From: Mayamaea pseudoterrestris
Lineage: Eukaryota
Direction of reading: 5' to 3'
Assembly (NCBI GenBank): GCA_027923505.1
Contig: BROI01000014.1
Location: 868,001-917,834, forward strand
DNA length: 49,834 nt
Shown: positions 1-11,740 of the stretch, in pieces
How positions within the stretch are numbered: position 1 is the first letter of the stretch
Layout of the letters: every line of letters starts with the position of its first letter
Position numbers and translations under genes: made by a program
The notes under the pieces: model-generated
The model's database searches: none
Told to the model about the DNA's origin: nothing
Seen by the model: the letters and a program-made list of their open reading frames with translations, nothing else

Positions 1-479
1 CTCCATTGGCGATTGAAAATTTGTACTTTACCTACATGCTGTTGCTTACCGCCGTGTCAAACGCAAGGAGTCGCTTGCTGCGTGACGCCGAGTCCGGAAC
101 CCTGTCACCAGAAGAAGCCAGGGACCTAAAAGCCATCCTGGCGTCTCCACTACTAGACAATCCATCAGTTGGCGTCGCTTCCCGTAAGCTGCACGATCAT
201 GCCGTCAAGGATTCTGACGCACTCGGCAATCTTTGGGAAGCGCGAATGCGGAGCCGCGAACTCATGCGCATCATGAACTGTGTCCAATGCAACAAGTGCC
301 GACTCCATGGCAAGGTTGCCGTCATGGGCTTGTCGACGGCACTGCAAATTTTGGTCGGCCGTACGGGAGAAGGTGGAGACATGGCGCGCATACATCGGGT
401 GGAGTTGGCGGCACTGATAACAACTCTTCACAAGTTCTCCAGAGCGGTAGACTTTGTTCAACAAATGCAAAAGCAGTAA
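1..479 (+). CDS. ERO1: ER oxidoreductin 1 (Ero1) family protein, C-terminal part (5' end outside window)
   Basis: Translation contains RIMNCVQCNKCRLHGK, matching the Ero1 CxxCxxC active-site motif, followed by the typical HRVELAALITTL helix. Stop TAA at 477-479. Confidence 0.85.
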   Translation, partial: PLAIENLYFTYMLLLTAVSNARSRLLRDAESGTLSPEEARDLKAILASPLLDNPSVGVASRKLHDHAVKDSDALGNLWEARMRSRELMRIMNCVQCNKCRLHGKVAVMGLSTALQILVGRTGEGGDMARIHRVELAALITTLHKFSRAVDFVQQMQKQ

Positions 480-774
480 CTAGTATTTTACAAATTGCAA
501 TTTTCACTCTGCAACAGATCTTGTGGTTTCTAGAGCTACAATGGATAACAGGAGTGGCAGAATTAGTTAGCCGGCGTGGATGCAACCGTCGATAACCAGT
601 ATGACACGCCTGTCACTTCGCTGTCAACGCAAAGGATTGATCCGAGCCACTCTCGACCTCGACGCTGCGATGACCATGGCCTTGGCTCGATTTTAAACAC
701 AGGCATCAAGCGTCCTTCACTTTGAAAGTACTTTATTAACTTAAAGGAGAAGAAGTACAAAAGGAAAATTGGAA

Positions 775-2900
775 ATGGCCGAGGAAGGGGGAGATGAGTA
801 CGGGTTTTTCGACGGACCGGCCAATCAGCCCGTTGACAATCATGAGGAGGATCCGGAACGACAGCCTCCGAACGAAATGTCCCTTCGTCGTGCGCTAGAA
901 ATGCAAGAGGCTGAAAGTCATGTACAAGACCAAGCCTTTCTTCGCTCCAATCAAGTCCGCGTTGGAGAAGCCGAGTCACCCTTGGCCGGTGCGCCTCCCC
1001 GAATCCCACTTGCGATGCGCCCCTCGAGCCAAGCCATGCTGCGCCAACAGGCCCATTCGCCCATTCACGCCCACCCTCCATCTCCTGCACGAAATCAGCA
1101 GCCTCCGCTGCATCTTCCTCTTTCGCCAGTACGTGTTCACCAACAACTTCAGATTGTTCCTGCGCCGCAGCCTGCAGCTGTTGCGAGGCTTGCGGCCGGT
1201 CCGCCACTTGGTGCTCATTATCAGGATCATGGTCCAAGCCTTCGACTACAGCACCAGCGCCCGAGCAACTTGTCCATTCATGTTCCTGAAAGCGAGGCTG
1301 GAGATGACTCGCTAGATTCTCCGTCGCCAGTCAGTGGATGGACGGAGGTGGAGGTGGCTCCTGGCAGCGTGGCGCCCTCGGCTCGATCCTTGCACGCGGC
1401 GGCTCTGTTGAACGGAACCATGTACGTGTTCGGTGGCTACGATGGACACGCTAGAGTCAACTCCTTTCATGCCTTTTCCTTTACCGAGAAGCGATGGTAC
1501 CCCGTTGTTCCGTCGGCCAATTCTGCTGGCGTACCGTCACCACGGGATCGTCACGTTGCCGTCGCTGTCGGAAATTCAACCATTTGCGTCCATGGAGGTT
1601 TCAACGGAACGTCAAGAGTGGCGGACTTTTGGGCGTTTGATCTGTCAACCATGGTTTGGCGAGAAATTGTTCCGCTACAGGGCCGACCACCGTCGGCGCG
1701 GCACTCTCACTCGGCTGTTGTCGCCGGGGAAAATGGAGCAGAAAAACTACTCATCTTTGGAGGATATGACGGAGCGTACAAGTGTGATTTGCACGAGTTT
1801 GATTTTCAGCTTTTGCGTTGGAGTGTCGTTCCTGCGGCTGGACGCCGTCCAAGAGCTCGGTACCGGGCGACTTGTGTCGTGCACAAGGTCAGTTTTGTTG
1901 CTTGCATAGCATTGTCTCGTGTATTGGACCCCTTACTCACAAAGTTTTTCTAAATTTACAGAATAATTTGGTGCTCTACGGAGGACATGATGGCACACGT
2001 CATTTGAGCGATACGCATATTTTCGATTTGGAAACGCGCACATGGAGCAGCTTGCTCGCCGAAGGAGTCCCTCCCATTCCGAGAGACTCGCATGTGAGTG
2101 TTATGCACAATCACAGCATGTATGTGTTTGCGGGAAGTAGTGGAAGTGCAATGAACGACTTGTTCGAGCTACAACTTCCGACCGACACATCCGGACAAGC
2201 GCGCTGGCGAGCGATTGACACCTCCTCGGGCGGTTTCCAGCCAAGTCACCGGTTCTGTCATGTTGCTGTCGCTTATTCCGACTCATTGTTTGTTTTTGGA
2301 GGTTATAGCGGCTCGGATCGTCTCAATGACTTTATTCGATTTGACTTTGCTGTTTATGACTTGAGCTTCGAAATCCCGCCTTCGACCATTTTGAACGATT
2401 TCCGCTCCATGATCAACGACAGCACATTGTCAGATGTCACGTTCATCGTGGAAGACAAGCCCATTTACGCTCACAAGCTTGTCCTCACTCGGTGCACATA
2501 CTTTCAAGCTCTCTTCCTTGGAAATATGCGAGAGTCGCAGCTCGAGTCCATTCGCATGGAGCAAGTTCGATATCCAATATTCATGCAGGTCATTGAGTAT
2601 CTCTACACGGATCATGTACGCATTAGTCTGCATGATGCAATGGAACTCTTTGAAGCTGCCGATCTTTTTTGCATTCCCCGTCTCAAAATGATGTGCGAGA
2701 AGCGCATGCTTCAATCCATTACGGTAGACAATTGTGCAGCCATATTCCATGCGGCCGACATGCATTCCGCCGTGGCGCTGCGTCAAAAGGCTAAAAAGTA
2801 CACTTTGTCGCACTTTGATGAAGCTAGCAAGACCTCGGCGTTTGAAGAAATGGGCCGCCGGAATAATGAGCTCATTTTCGAATTACTGCGAAGTCGCTAG
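775..2900 (+). CDS. Kelch-repeat plus BTB/BACK protein (LZTR1-like); exons 775-1887 and 1962-2900
   Basis: Repeated Kelch motifs (MYVFGGYDG, ICVHGGFNG, LIFGGYDG, LYGGHDG, LFVFGGYSG), then a BTB domain (SDVTFIVEDKPIYAHKLVL...) and BACK-like tail. A GT..AG intron at 1888-1961 joins the two ORFs in frame (HK|NNLVLYGG). Confidence 0.88.
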
Positions 2901-3193
2901 GCAGGGCGGGCAGCTTTTGCAATAAAATTTACTATAAAATGTGTGCGCAAGGATTGACGAATATACCAGTTCGTTAAGCTTGTACAGTACACACCTACTA
3001 CACCCATGGTTGAGTGCAGTGATACCGGTAGCTACGCCGAAGATACGATGTCGCACCGATACAGAATCATTCGCCACGCGGCGCGCGCAGCGTCCTCACG
3101 TTCAACCAACACAAATCCATGTGCGCATCCTGTTGCGAGTCTTGAACTATTTGCGACTTTTGATTCAGATTTCAGTCTTCATCTATATAAAAA

Positions 3194-5548
3194 ATGATCA
3201 TTAAGAAGCAGGCGCTGCTTGTCTTGCTGTCGAGCGCAATCTCGAACAGTTTGGCATCGCAATGGAATAATCCGCATGGGGTCACGTACAGAAATGATTT
3301 TGGCGCTTCCATTCAGCAGCAACAACAGCAGCAACAACCATTGCAGCAGACGGAACCTCCATTGACGGAGCGTAAAAGCTCATTGCCTCCGGGCTGGTCG
3401 GAGCATTTCGATCCCTCATCGGGACAGCCGTACTACTACAACTCGAACGATGGAACGACAACATGGGATCGACCGTCGTCTTCAGCAGAGTCAACTGGAG
3501 AAGCCATTATGCAGCCGCCAATCGACGACTACAAACCAAGCGACGCTTCAGAAACGGTTGAATCGAGTCCGCTTAGCTTCCAAGACGCTGACAGAAACGC
3601 TCGTAACGAGTCCATGTCGTACAACCAAGGACAGGGTGCGCAGCAGCCTCGTTTGGACCAGCCTGCACAGTCCTTTGCGAACAATGCTTTTGACAGCAGC
3701 AGCGAGGATAGAGCGTATGAAAATACTGAGAACATCAATCAGCCTGGATTTTCATCGTACAGACCCGATGCGCATCAGCAGCAGCAAGGCAATCCTGAGT
3801 GGCGCCAGCAGCAGTCAGCTCCGGCAGATGCAGCACCGAGCGACGAGAAAACGCAAGCTAGCAATGATGCATCATGGAATGAAGATTCAAGTAGGCAAAA
3901 CAATGCTAATGTTGCAACAGAAGACGCTAAGGTCGACTTGGATCGCGCAGAAGAACTATCGCGCGGCAACTACGCACCAGCTCAGCAACAAGGATACTCA
4001 GCGTCAACTGATACGCGTCCAATGCAACAGCAATCATTGCCAAGCTCATTTCCTCCTCGTGAAGAACAGAGAGACGAAGCACCGCCTTTAGCTTGGGGAG
4101 GGGATGCACAACCAACTGGGTCTCTGCGTGAGGACCAAACGCAGCCTCGGTTTACGCAGGTTCCCGAGAACAGTCAGGTGCCTCCCGCGCATGCAGGCGC
4201 AGGGCAGCAGCAGCAAGCATCGCTGCAAAAGGCTTGGGGAGCTTTAGCAGATGGTCGCCCCGCCTTTCGTCCTCCGACCGACGCCTACGGACGAATTCCG
4301 CCAAGTCAACCACAGCAACAACAAAGTGAACAGCGCCTTCCAGAACAGCGCCTTTCAGAACAAAGAATCACTTCTGGATCTTCTGTTTTACAGTCACATC
4401 CCCTAAACTTGCAGTCGCCATTGCAACAGCGACCAGCTCAACCGTTGCCTCAACAGCAGCAACGACCGGTGCAGCCTCTTCCGAACCAGCAGCAGCAACA
4501 ACCTCCACCAAACCCACAGCGACCGTATTTGCAGCAGCAGCAACAGCAACGTCCCCTTCAGCAAGGCACTCCTTACGGACAAGGACCTCAACGACCTTAC
4601 CCCGGACAGCAAGGCCCTCCGCAGTACGGTGGATATGGACAAGGCTACCCTGGACAGCAGCCACCGAACGCACGCCTATACGGACAATCATCTGGCGGCG
4701 CCTATGGACAATACAATCCATATGGCCAGCAGCAGCAACAACCGCAGGGACAGCTTGTCGAGTCTGGAGCAACAACGGCTGTCAAGGAAGCGCTTGGGAG
4801 AACATGGCAAGGGCTATTAGGGATTGGAAGCAGAACCAAGGAAGCTGTTGGCACGGTATCGGAAACCGTTGCAAAGGGTGCTCACGAGGCCGGACAAACT
4901 CTCGGCAGCACCAGTTCCAGTAAGTAATCTTTTCATTACCGGCGTCATTGCGGGGAGTTGTTATTTCCTTATCTAACATATGTATACATTCTATCAGGTT
5001 GGTTGGAGCGAGCCAAGAATACATTCGGCTCCATGTTTGAAGGCAGCCCTGACGACCAACAGTATTCGCTCTCGGGTACGCCTGGGTCTGCACCAAAGCC
5101 CATTCAGGACGCGTACCCGCCGCAAAGAGCGCTGCCTTATGGTCAACCTGGCTACCCGCCGAGACAAGGCTATCCTCAGCAGCAAGTGCCTCCTGGCCAG
5201 CAACAGCAAGGACCGCCGGGCCGGCTGCAGCAGCCCGGGCAGCCCCAACGACCAATTGGACAATATCCGCCAGGCTACACGCCACCACAAGCGCGCTATG
5301 ACCCTTCTTACCCGCAACAAATGCAAGGATATCAGCAGCAAGGTCAGGGCCAGCCTCCTCTGCAAAGTCAATATGGCCAGGGACCGCCGCCGGGGTTGGA
5401 TCCCAGGCGATATGGCCAGCCACCTCCACGGGCCGAGCAGCAGCAGCAATCTCCTCCGCTTCAGCAACAGAATCCACCTGCCGCCCAAGTTGACAAGAGC
5501 GAGCCATGGCAACATCCCGCTCTTGGTTTTGATGGATATCCAATGTAG
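3194..5548 (+). CDS. Signal-peptide protein with one WW domain and long Q/P/G/Y-rich low-complexity regions; exons 3194-4919 and 4998-5548
   Basis: Hydrophobic N-terminus MIIKKQALLVLLSSAISNSLA and WW domain LPPGWSEHFDPSSGQPYYYNSNDGTTTWDRP. Intron gtaagt..ctatcag at 4920-4997 keeps the frame. Confidence 0.82.
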
Positions 5549-6251
5549 CATCGCAATAAACAGGGCTACGTAGTGGGCGCAATATATTATGCTTAATTGT
5601 GGTAGGATATATCCGGACATGCTTCACGACATTAATGGGTGTAACTGTAACTTGGTGCGACATGCAGTACTTCTTGGCGTTCGTGCAGTCTACTCCAATG
5701 ACTCATTAATGACCGGTGGTTCTGCGACATCCGCTACCCAGCCGGTCGAGTTAGTATACGCGTACTGCGTCTGCTGTCTGGCAATGTTTGTACGCGCGTA
5801 GCGCGCAAACGTCGTTGCAGATGTTGTAACACCGTTGATCCTACCACCTCCCCGCCCCGCGAATGTGTTGTGTATCATTGACATTCACCCAAACGACCTT
5901 TAATCTGTAACTGCTGTCCCATTAACAAGGTAGCCCACGACTAAGTTGATTGGCAACAATGGCCTTAGCTACTGAGTCGTGCAATCTTATGCCCCGGAGC
6001 GACGCGCAATGCGTCACCCTCACGTCATTCGTTTTCTTCCACGTTTTCTATGGGATGGCAATCATGGCCATTCACCTTCATCGTTTCCACTTCAAGAAAC
6101 ATTATTGCGAGTATACCCTCGAGTCTCCAGTTCAGGCCGTATCGAACAAACAAACTCTGTACAGTGTGTCCTTGTCCACCACTGAGGAGAGTCCAAGAAC
6201 GATTTTCGCAAGCACGCAATCACGCGATCAATAGTCTCACGATCGAAAAGC

Positions 6252-7103
6252 ATGGCATACTCAAGCGCCGCCGTTGATGCTGCCTTTACAAAACTCTTGT
6301 CCTCGCAACGAGAGCTGTTGAATACAATGAATCAGCATACTACAGCTCGAGGTGCGGTGGTTGGATCGGCGAACGTCGTTACGTGTGGCGAAAATACTTG
6401 GCAAGATTCGGTGCAGCAGCAACAGTTGCAACCGCCACCACAGCAACAAACATCCAACAACGTTCATCAGCGCCGTCGATCCAGTCTCGAGCTAGTCTTG
6501 TCGTCGCGACGTCTTTCCATTGGTAGTATGGGCTATGATGACTTTATTATTCAGACAGTACCGAGTTACGATGACGCGGGCTGCTACAGTGGGCTTTTGG
6601 ACAAGGATTGGCTCCATAGCCTGGCAGCACAGCAAGAGTTTGATTTGGATTGGAGCGAGTCTTCTAATCACAAGAAGCGACGGCGGCTAAGTCAGTCCAG
6701 CAGCAGTATGTTTCTCTCTGATATGATGTATTTTCGCCGTGATTCGCTCCTGTTGTCCGTGTCAGAGGAACGACCGGATGCGCAAGAATCAGGCTATGGT
6801 TTTACCTCAAAGAATGATCAGTCTTTGAGCAAGACTAGACCGAGTGTTAATGAATGCGGCAACGACAAAATATGGAAACGGTTGGATGCTAATGCGCTCG
6901 AGACTTTTCAAAAGGCTATGAAACATAGCGAGTCATCTCGTCAGCATATTCACAAGTCTGGTAGCAAGTCACCTTTGAAGCTACAATTATGCTCAAAGAT
7001 GGAAGAGTCTTCACTGTCGCGAAAAAGGCTTTTTAACGTTTTGCCTCTATCTAGCGCTGATGAGTGTGCTTCGTCAACAGTGTCTGTATCGGAAGCTCAT
7101 TGA
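6252..7103 (+). CDS. Hypothetical protein with several RRxS motifs and a C-terminal helical motif
   Basis: 283-aa ATG-initiated ORF with RRRSSL, RRLSI, RRRLSQ and RRDSL, ending in FQKAMKHSESSRQHIH...MEESSLSRKRL. Confidence 0.7.
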   Translation: MAYSSAAVDAAFTKLLSSQRELLNTMNQHTTARGAVVGSANVVTCGENTWQDSVQQQQLQPPPQQQTSNNVHQRRRSSLELVLSSRRLSIGSMGYDDFIIQTVPSYDDAGCYSGLLDKDWLHSLAAQQEFDLDWSESSNHKKRRRLSQSSSSMFLSDMMYFRRDSLLLSVSEERPDAQESGYGFTSKNDQSLSKTRPSVNECGNDKIWKRLDANALETFQKAMKHSESSRQHIHKSGSKSPLKLQLCSKMEESSLSRKRLFNVLPLSSADECASSTVSVSEAH

Positions 7104-7438
7104 TTTTGACAGCCCATGATGTCAGAGTAAAATTGTTTGTAAAAAAGTAGTTATATGCATTAATCTCAAAGGTACCAGCTCATCTGTTATACCAAATGAG
7201 AAAGTGCATCGTAGCAAAAAGCTGCGGGTAGTGGTACGGCGGGAGTCGAAGGGAAGCGAGCGTCGCAAAGGATTGCGAAACATTGGTTTCCCGCTGCGAC
7301 AAAATGCTTTGTGAGAATTGCATTGCTCACCCTTTTAACCATGACGAGAGACCTGCTGCAGTGAGCAGTGATGGCGGGTTTGTGGCTGCCATTTGCAGCA
7401 GTGTACTGCACTACAATGATGATACTGCAGAGCTTTCT

Positions 7439-8455
7439 ATGTCAGCCAACATGTCAGATAATGCTAAGAAAGTTGTAGTCGACTTGACGGACTCGCCAGA
7501 ACCAGCCAAGTTGGCAATGGCGAACAACAGGTCGCGTCCCAAAAGGAGCGAGCCGATCGGCGTCAATATGACTTTTGACATTGTCGACCTGAGCGATGAA
7601 GCTCCTGCCGAGAATACCACTCTGAAGAAAAGTACAGCTTCTAAACCTAGCACGGAAAAGAAGCCAGTCGTCCAAACTCATCCGTTGAAGATTATTGAAG
7701 CGTCAAAGAAAAGGAAGCGCGAGCGCGAAGAAGCACGGAGGCGACAGGAGGAAGCACGACGCCAAGAGGAGGAAGACAGGCGAGCAGAAGAACTACGACA
7801 GAAGAATCTTATCAATGGCGTTAACTTTATAATGATTGATGATTCATCGGAAGAGGAGGCGAGCGACGACGACATTGAGGAGGGTATTTCCGAGCCTGTC
7901 GATCATGCGGCTACAGCAGGAGTACATGGAACAGTACCCGCTGCAGCAGCGCCATCAACATTTTCTCAGAAAAAGCAATCAGCAAGGACTACAGAGTGGG
8001 TATATCATTCGCCCGTCACATCTAAAAAGCCACGCAAAGCATATGTTGTACGACAGCAATTCTCTCAAGCACAAGAAGCGACATTCAAATTCAACACGGA
8101 ATATAATTATAGCATGAGCAACGAAGATGCAGCCCAGCTGCAGGAACGCATGTTTAAAGAAGCTGCCGCTAGGCTACGGGCGCGGCCACCCTCACCAAGC
8201 AGAATTATCGATCCGCATGCTCTCCGAGAGCCAATGCTTCATATTTGGCAATTGTTCCCCGACCACTGGCAGTGGAAGGAACCATTTGCCTGCTTGGGGC
8301 TTCCACCAAATTCATCTCTCGCGCTCATCAAGTCTCATTACCGAGCACTCGCACGCCTCTACCATCCCGACAAGTCCAAAGAAGCCAATACGACTAGAAA
8401 ATTTCAAGGCATTGCGCGAGCATACCACCGACTGACGCTTTTAGAGACGGGCTAG
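7439..8455 (+). CDS. C-terminal J-domain (DnaJ type III) protein; start codon uncertain (ORF open from 7283)
   Basis: C-terminus PFACLGLPPNSSLALIKSHYRALARLYHPDKS...FQGIARAY is a J domain with HPD. Upstream are a basic NLS-like KKRKRERE and an E/R coiled coil. Confidence 0.8.
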   Translation: MSANMSDNAKKVVVDLTDSPEPAKLAMANNRSRPKRSEPIGVNMTFDIVDLSDEAPAENTTLKKSTASKPSTEKKPVVQTHPLKIIEASKKRKREREEARRRQEEARRQEEEDRRAEELRQKNLINGVNFIMIDDSSEEEASDDDIEEGISEPVDHAATAGVHGTVPAAAAPSTFSQKKQSARTTEWVYHSPVTSKKPRKAYVVRQQFSQAQEATFKFNTEYNYSMSNEDAAQLQERMFKEAAARLRARPPSPSRIIDPHALREPMLHIWQLFPDHWQWKEPFACLGLPPNSSLALIKSHYRALARLYHPDKSKEANTTRKFQGIARAYHRLTLLETG

Positions 8456-8456
8456 C

Positions 8457-9570
8457 CTAGCCGCTCTCGTCCGCCAACGCCGATTCTTCCATTCTGGCTT
8501 GGTTGAATTGAGCAATAGCTGCGTAGATACTTTCGGCGGACCAGTCATCCTTCATTATAGCATCATCCAATGTAAATTGTCCCTGTTTTGTCCTCTCCAA
8601 TGACGTTGTCGTAGCAGCCGTCCCAAGCTTGTAGCCAATGTCGCGTATGAGACTACGAATGTAGGTTCCTCCTCCGCACTCAACGTCCAAGGTAAAGGCT
8701 GGAATATCGCAGCTCAACAAATCAATGCCATGGATGACGACTTGCCGAGATGGAATGTCCACTTCTTCCGCCGTTACGCCCTGACGTGCTTGCTCGTACA
8801 AACGCTTCCCGTCCTTTCGGATGGCGCTGTAGATGGGTGGAATCTGATCAATGGTTCCGACAAAAGACGGAAGGATCTGCGCCACATGTTCTGGTGTAAC
8901 ATGTTCAAATGGCTCGCGCTTGGTCACGTTTCCTTCCATGTCCAAGGTTGTCGTTTCAAACCCAAGTTCCCCACCCGCCCTGTATCGCTTGGAGCCATCG
9001 AGAAAGCTGAACGGCGATTAGACGAAAACGGTAAGTAGACATTCACTTCAAAGTGAGCAAAACGTAACCCGCAAGATGACGTGCGTACCTTTGCAGTTGC
9101 TTCGTTCCGCTTCCCACTCCAATCACCAAAACACCCGTCGCCAGCGGATCCAACGTTCCACCATGCCCCACTTTGATGACTCGACTTTTGTTTTTGCGCG
9201 AACCAACCTTGCTGGGCCTAGCACCTCGGACGGTGGCATCCCGCTCCAAAATCTTTCGCAGGTAGCTCACGACGTTGCTGGATGTCCAGTCGCAGGGCTT
9301 GTAGACGCAGAACAAGCCTTGCTCGAGATACAGAGGTGCATCAACAGCTTCATTTGGATCAGTTTCAATAGTACTAGCTGCGCCAATGGTTGCGTCATTG
9401 TCACTGACTGTAGTGGAGAAACGATGCAAGGATCGTCGTCGTGATGCCAATGTCAGAAACGTTTGAGCCCGGCGTGTAAATAATGATGGCGTCGTCGTCG
9501 CAAGTCCATATACAGACATCAATCGAGACGAGAAAGCAAACATGGTCAACGCCAACAGACACAATCTCAT
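8457..9570 (-). CDS. truB: tRNA pseudouridine(55) synthase TruB/Pus4 with N-terminal targeting extension; exons 9570-9089 and 9006-8457
   Basis: Motifs YKPCDWTS, KVGHGGTLDPLATGVL, QIPPIYSAIRKDGKRLYE and CGGGTYIRSL. Intron 9088-9007 (GTACGC..TTCAG) gives QLQ-S-FLDGSKRYRAGGELGFETTTLDMEG. Confidence 0.93.
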
Positions 9571-9997
9571 CGCAGTGATGATCGTTACAGGTATAATTGA
9601 ATTGATGCGATGTCGACTGCTTGTAACGCGGATCTATGGTGGATGGACGCGAAAGCGAAATCGCGAATCATGCATGACGTCGGACCGGTTCACATGTGAA
9701 TCTTGCTGCGACACTCGTTCTGATGAGAACGGACGAGAAGGAAGCATTGGATCGGACGCGAGGAAGCAGCAAAGAGTCCAAGCAATGGTTGCAAGCAGAG
9801 CCTATTGTGATTACTACTCGTGTACTTTCAATTCAAAGAAACTATGTTCTCGCTAACTTGAATCTGAAGCACATTTGCCACCCTTCGGAGGGGATCGAAC
9901 CCGCGTTTTGTTCGGATCCCACGGAAGGTTTGAGTCACGCAACGACAGAGAGAAACTGAAATGACCACAACATCAATCATCATGCATTCATCATTCA

Positions 9998-10442
9998 TCA
10001 CATCGAACCTTTTCCATCTTTACGATCATCAATCTTCGACCTACCATACGATAAGAACACTGCACTTAATGAAAATAGCGCTAATAATGCATTGCCGACG
10101 ACTGCAGAGGGCCCAACGTCAACGCCCACAAACCCACGAAAAGTCATCGCCCCCACTTTGCAAAGGACGATGGACTTGATACTTCGGCTGCCACACTCTT
10201 TGAGAACGAAGGAATCTCTCCATCCATCGTACTCGATGCCAGCGATAACAACATGAAAGAGGCAGGATCTAAAGTAGGTGATAGAATCAAGTTGCGAAAG
10301 AAAGCCAAAAGGCATTTGTTCATGTCGCGGCTTCTGCTGCGTCAGCTCCAAATCTAGCGCGACATTACCTCTGGCAACAACTTCAGCTGTGCAACATAAC
10401 GCTACGAGCGATATCAATGCCGTCCAACATGCAATGCCCATG
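9998..10442 (-). CDS. Possible small secreted or membrane hypothetical protein
   Basis: ORF with a signal-peptide-like start (MGIACWTALISLVALCCTA) and a C-terminal hydrophobic stretch. No family recognised and the exon structure is uncertain. Confidence 0.25.
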
Positions 10443-11075
10443 GAGCCTTCTGCTCGTCTCACGTCGACGGGCGAAAGTGCCGACGATCATAAAGACGCAG
10501 AAGACTTTCACTTCGTCGGAAACGGGTTTGGAACTGTCACTGCCCAGTTGTCGACTGTCAACAACCGCCTTTGCTGTATGCTGGCGACATGAAGAAACAT
10601 GTCACTGTCAGTCACTCACAAGGCATTGACTTTTTTGCCAATGCGGACGGGACTGGAAAGCGTATATTGATATCACATCACTGCTCGCTCTGCCTATACT
10701 TCTTGCAGTCATTCTTTGGTATGCGAATCCAAGCAAGTCTCGCGTTCTTGCTCCACCTCCGGGATTGTCATACTTCCTCTGCATCGCGTGTCCAAACGTT
10801 TTTCATGGCCACGCGCAGGAACCTAGCGCGTCATGTTGCGGAGCAACACGGCGGGCAGCCAGAATGTTGGATACATTGATGTACTGTTTTGTTACCCTGC
10901 TGCATCTGCGGCTGATGATGTCCACAGCGAGGACTAAGTCGCCACTATACCTATTGGCAAACATAGTAAGAAAAGTGCTGCATATCGAGTTAGGCGAACT
11001 GCCCGAGCAGCGAGCAGTCGTCGCTGCTGTAGCGCAAGTCACCCAAGGGGCCAAAAGGCGATACAGAAGAAGGTT

Positions 11076-11235
11076 ACAGGCCGATCGTCCAAACACCGTG
11101 ACGAACCTTCTACTGTTGCTCCTGATGCAACGAACGAGGATGTGCCGATTATTTGACAGGCCGATCGTCCAAACACCGTGACGAACCTTCTACTGTTGCT
11201 CCTGATGCAACGAACGAGGATGTGCCGATTATTTG
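11076..11235. repeat. Perfect 80-bp tandem duplication (2 copies)
   Basis: acaggccgatcgtcc...gtgccgattatttg occurs at 11076-11155 and again at 11156-11235. Confidence 0.95.
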
Positions 11236-11667
11236 TCTTGCACACGTTCCCGCGGTGGCCACAGCATTCGATCAACAGCAGGACAATGTTCCAATGCTAC
11301 CTAGTCCGCCTCGCAGTCACCCACACACAACTTGGCCGTTAATCCAACCATGCATGATGATCGCGGAGATCCGCGCCCACGTCTTGGTGAGAATGAAGCT
11401 CCTGGAATTCCAATATTCTTGGACGATGATGCTGAAGTATTTCCGTTGTTTCAAGTGTAAATGCTGGAACCAAAGATGATGACATTATACTAGAGTTCAC
11501 CAATTAAGTTTAAATATGTATGTGGGCATGTATGATCATGTATAGCATGCGAAATCATGGGTTAAAAGTGTCGTTGGCACTTTTGAGACGGCCAAAAATG
11601 CGCGGTTCTTCGCGGGATCATTACCGCACCCTTTGCAAAAGTAAACTGCGGGATCAAAAGGATAAGA

Positions 11668-11740
11668 CACCCTCGGGGGGGCTCGAACCCCCGACCACAC
11701 GGTTAAAAGCCGAGCGCTCTGCCGACTGAGCTACGAAGGT
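11668..11740 (-). tRNA. tRNA-Lys (anticodon UUU)
   Basis: Reverse complement ACCTTCGTAGCTCAGTCGGCAGAGCGCTCGGCTTTTAACCGTGTGGTCGGGGGTTCGAGCCCCCCCGAGGGTG folds into a cloverleaf with anticodon loop CT-TTT-AA. Confidence 0.93.

Noticed and set aside
563..5663. Long antisense or alternate-frame ORFs (563-1237, 4782-5663, 4994-5620)
   Set aside because: These are shadows of GC-rich, low-complexity sense genes and show no independent motifs.
9700..9870. C/D box snoRNA (tgatga and ctga words)
   Set aside because: The boxes are not arranged with a terminal stem or an identifiable rRNA guide.
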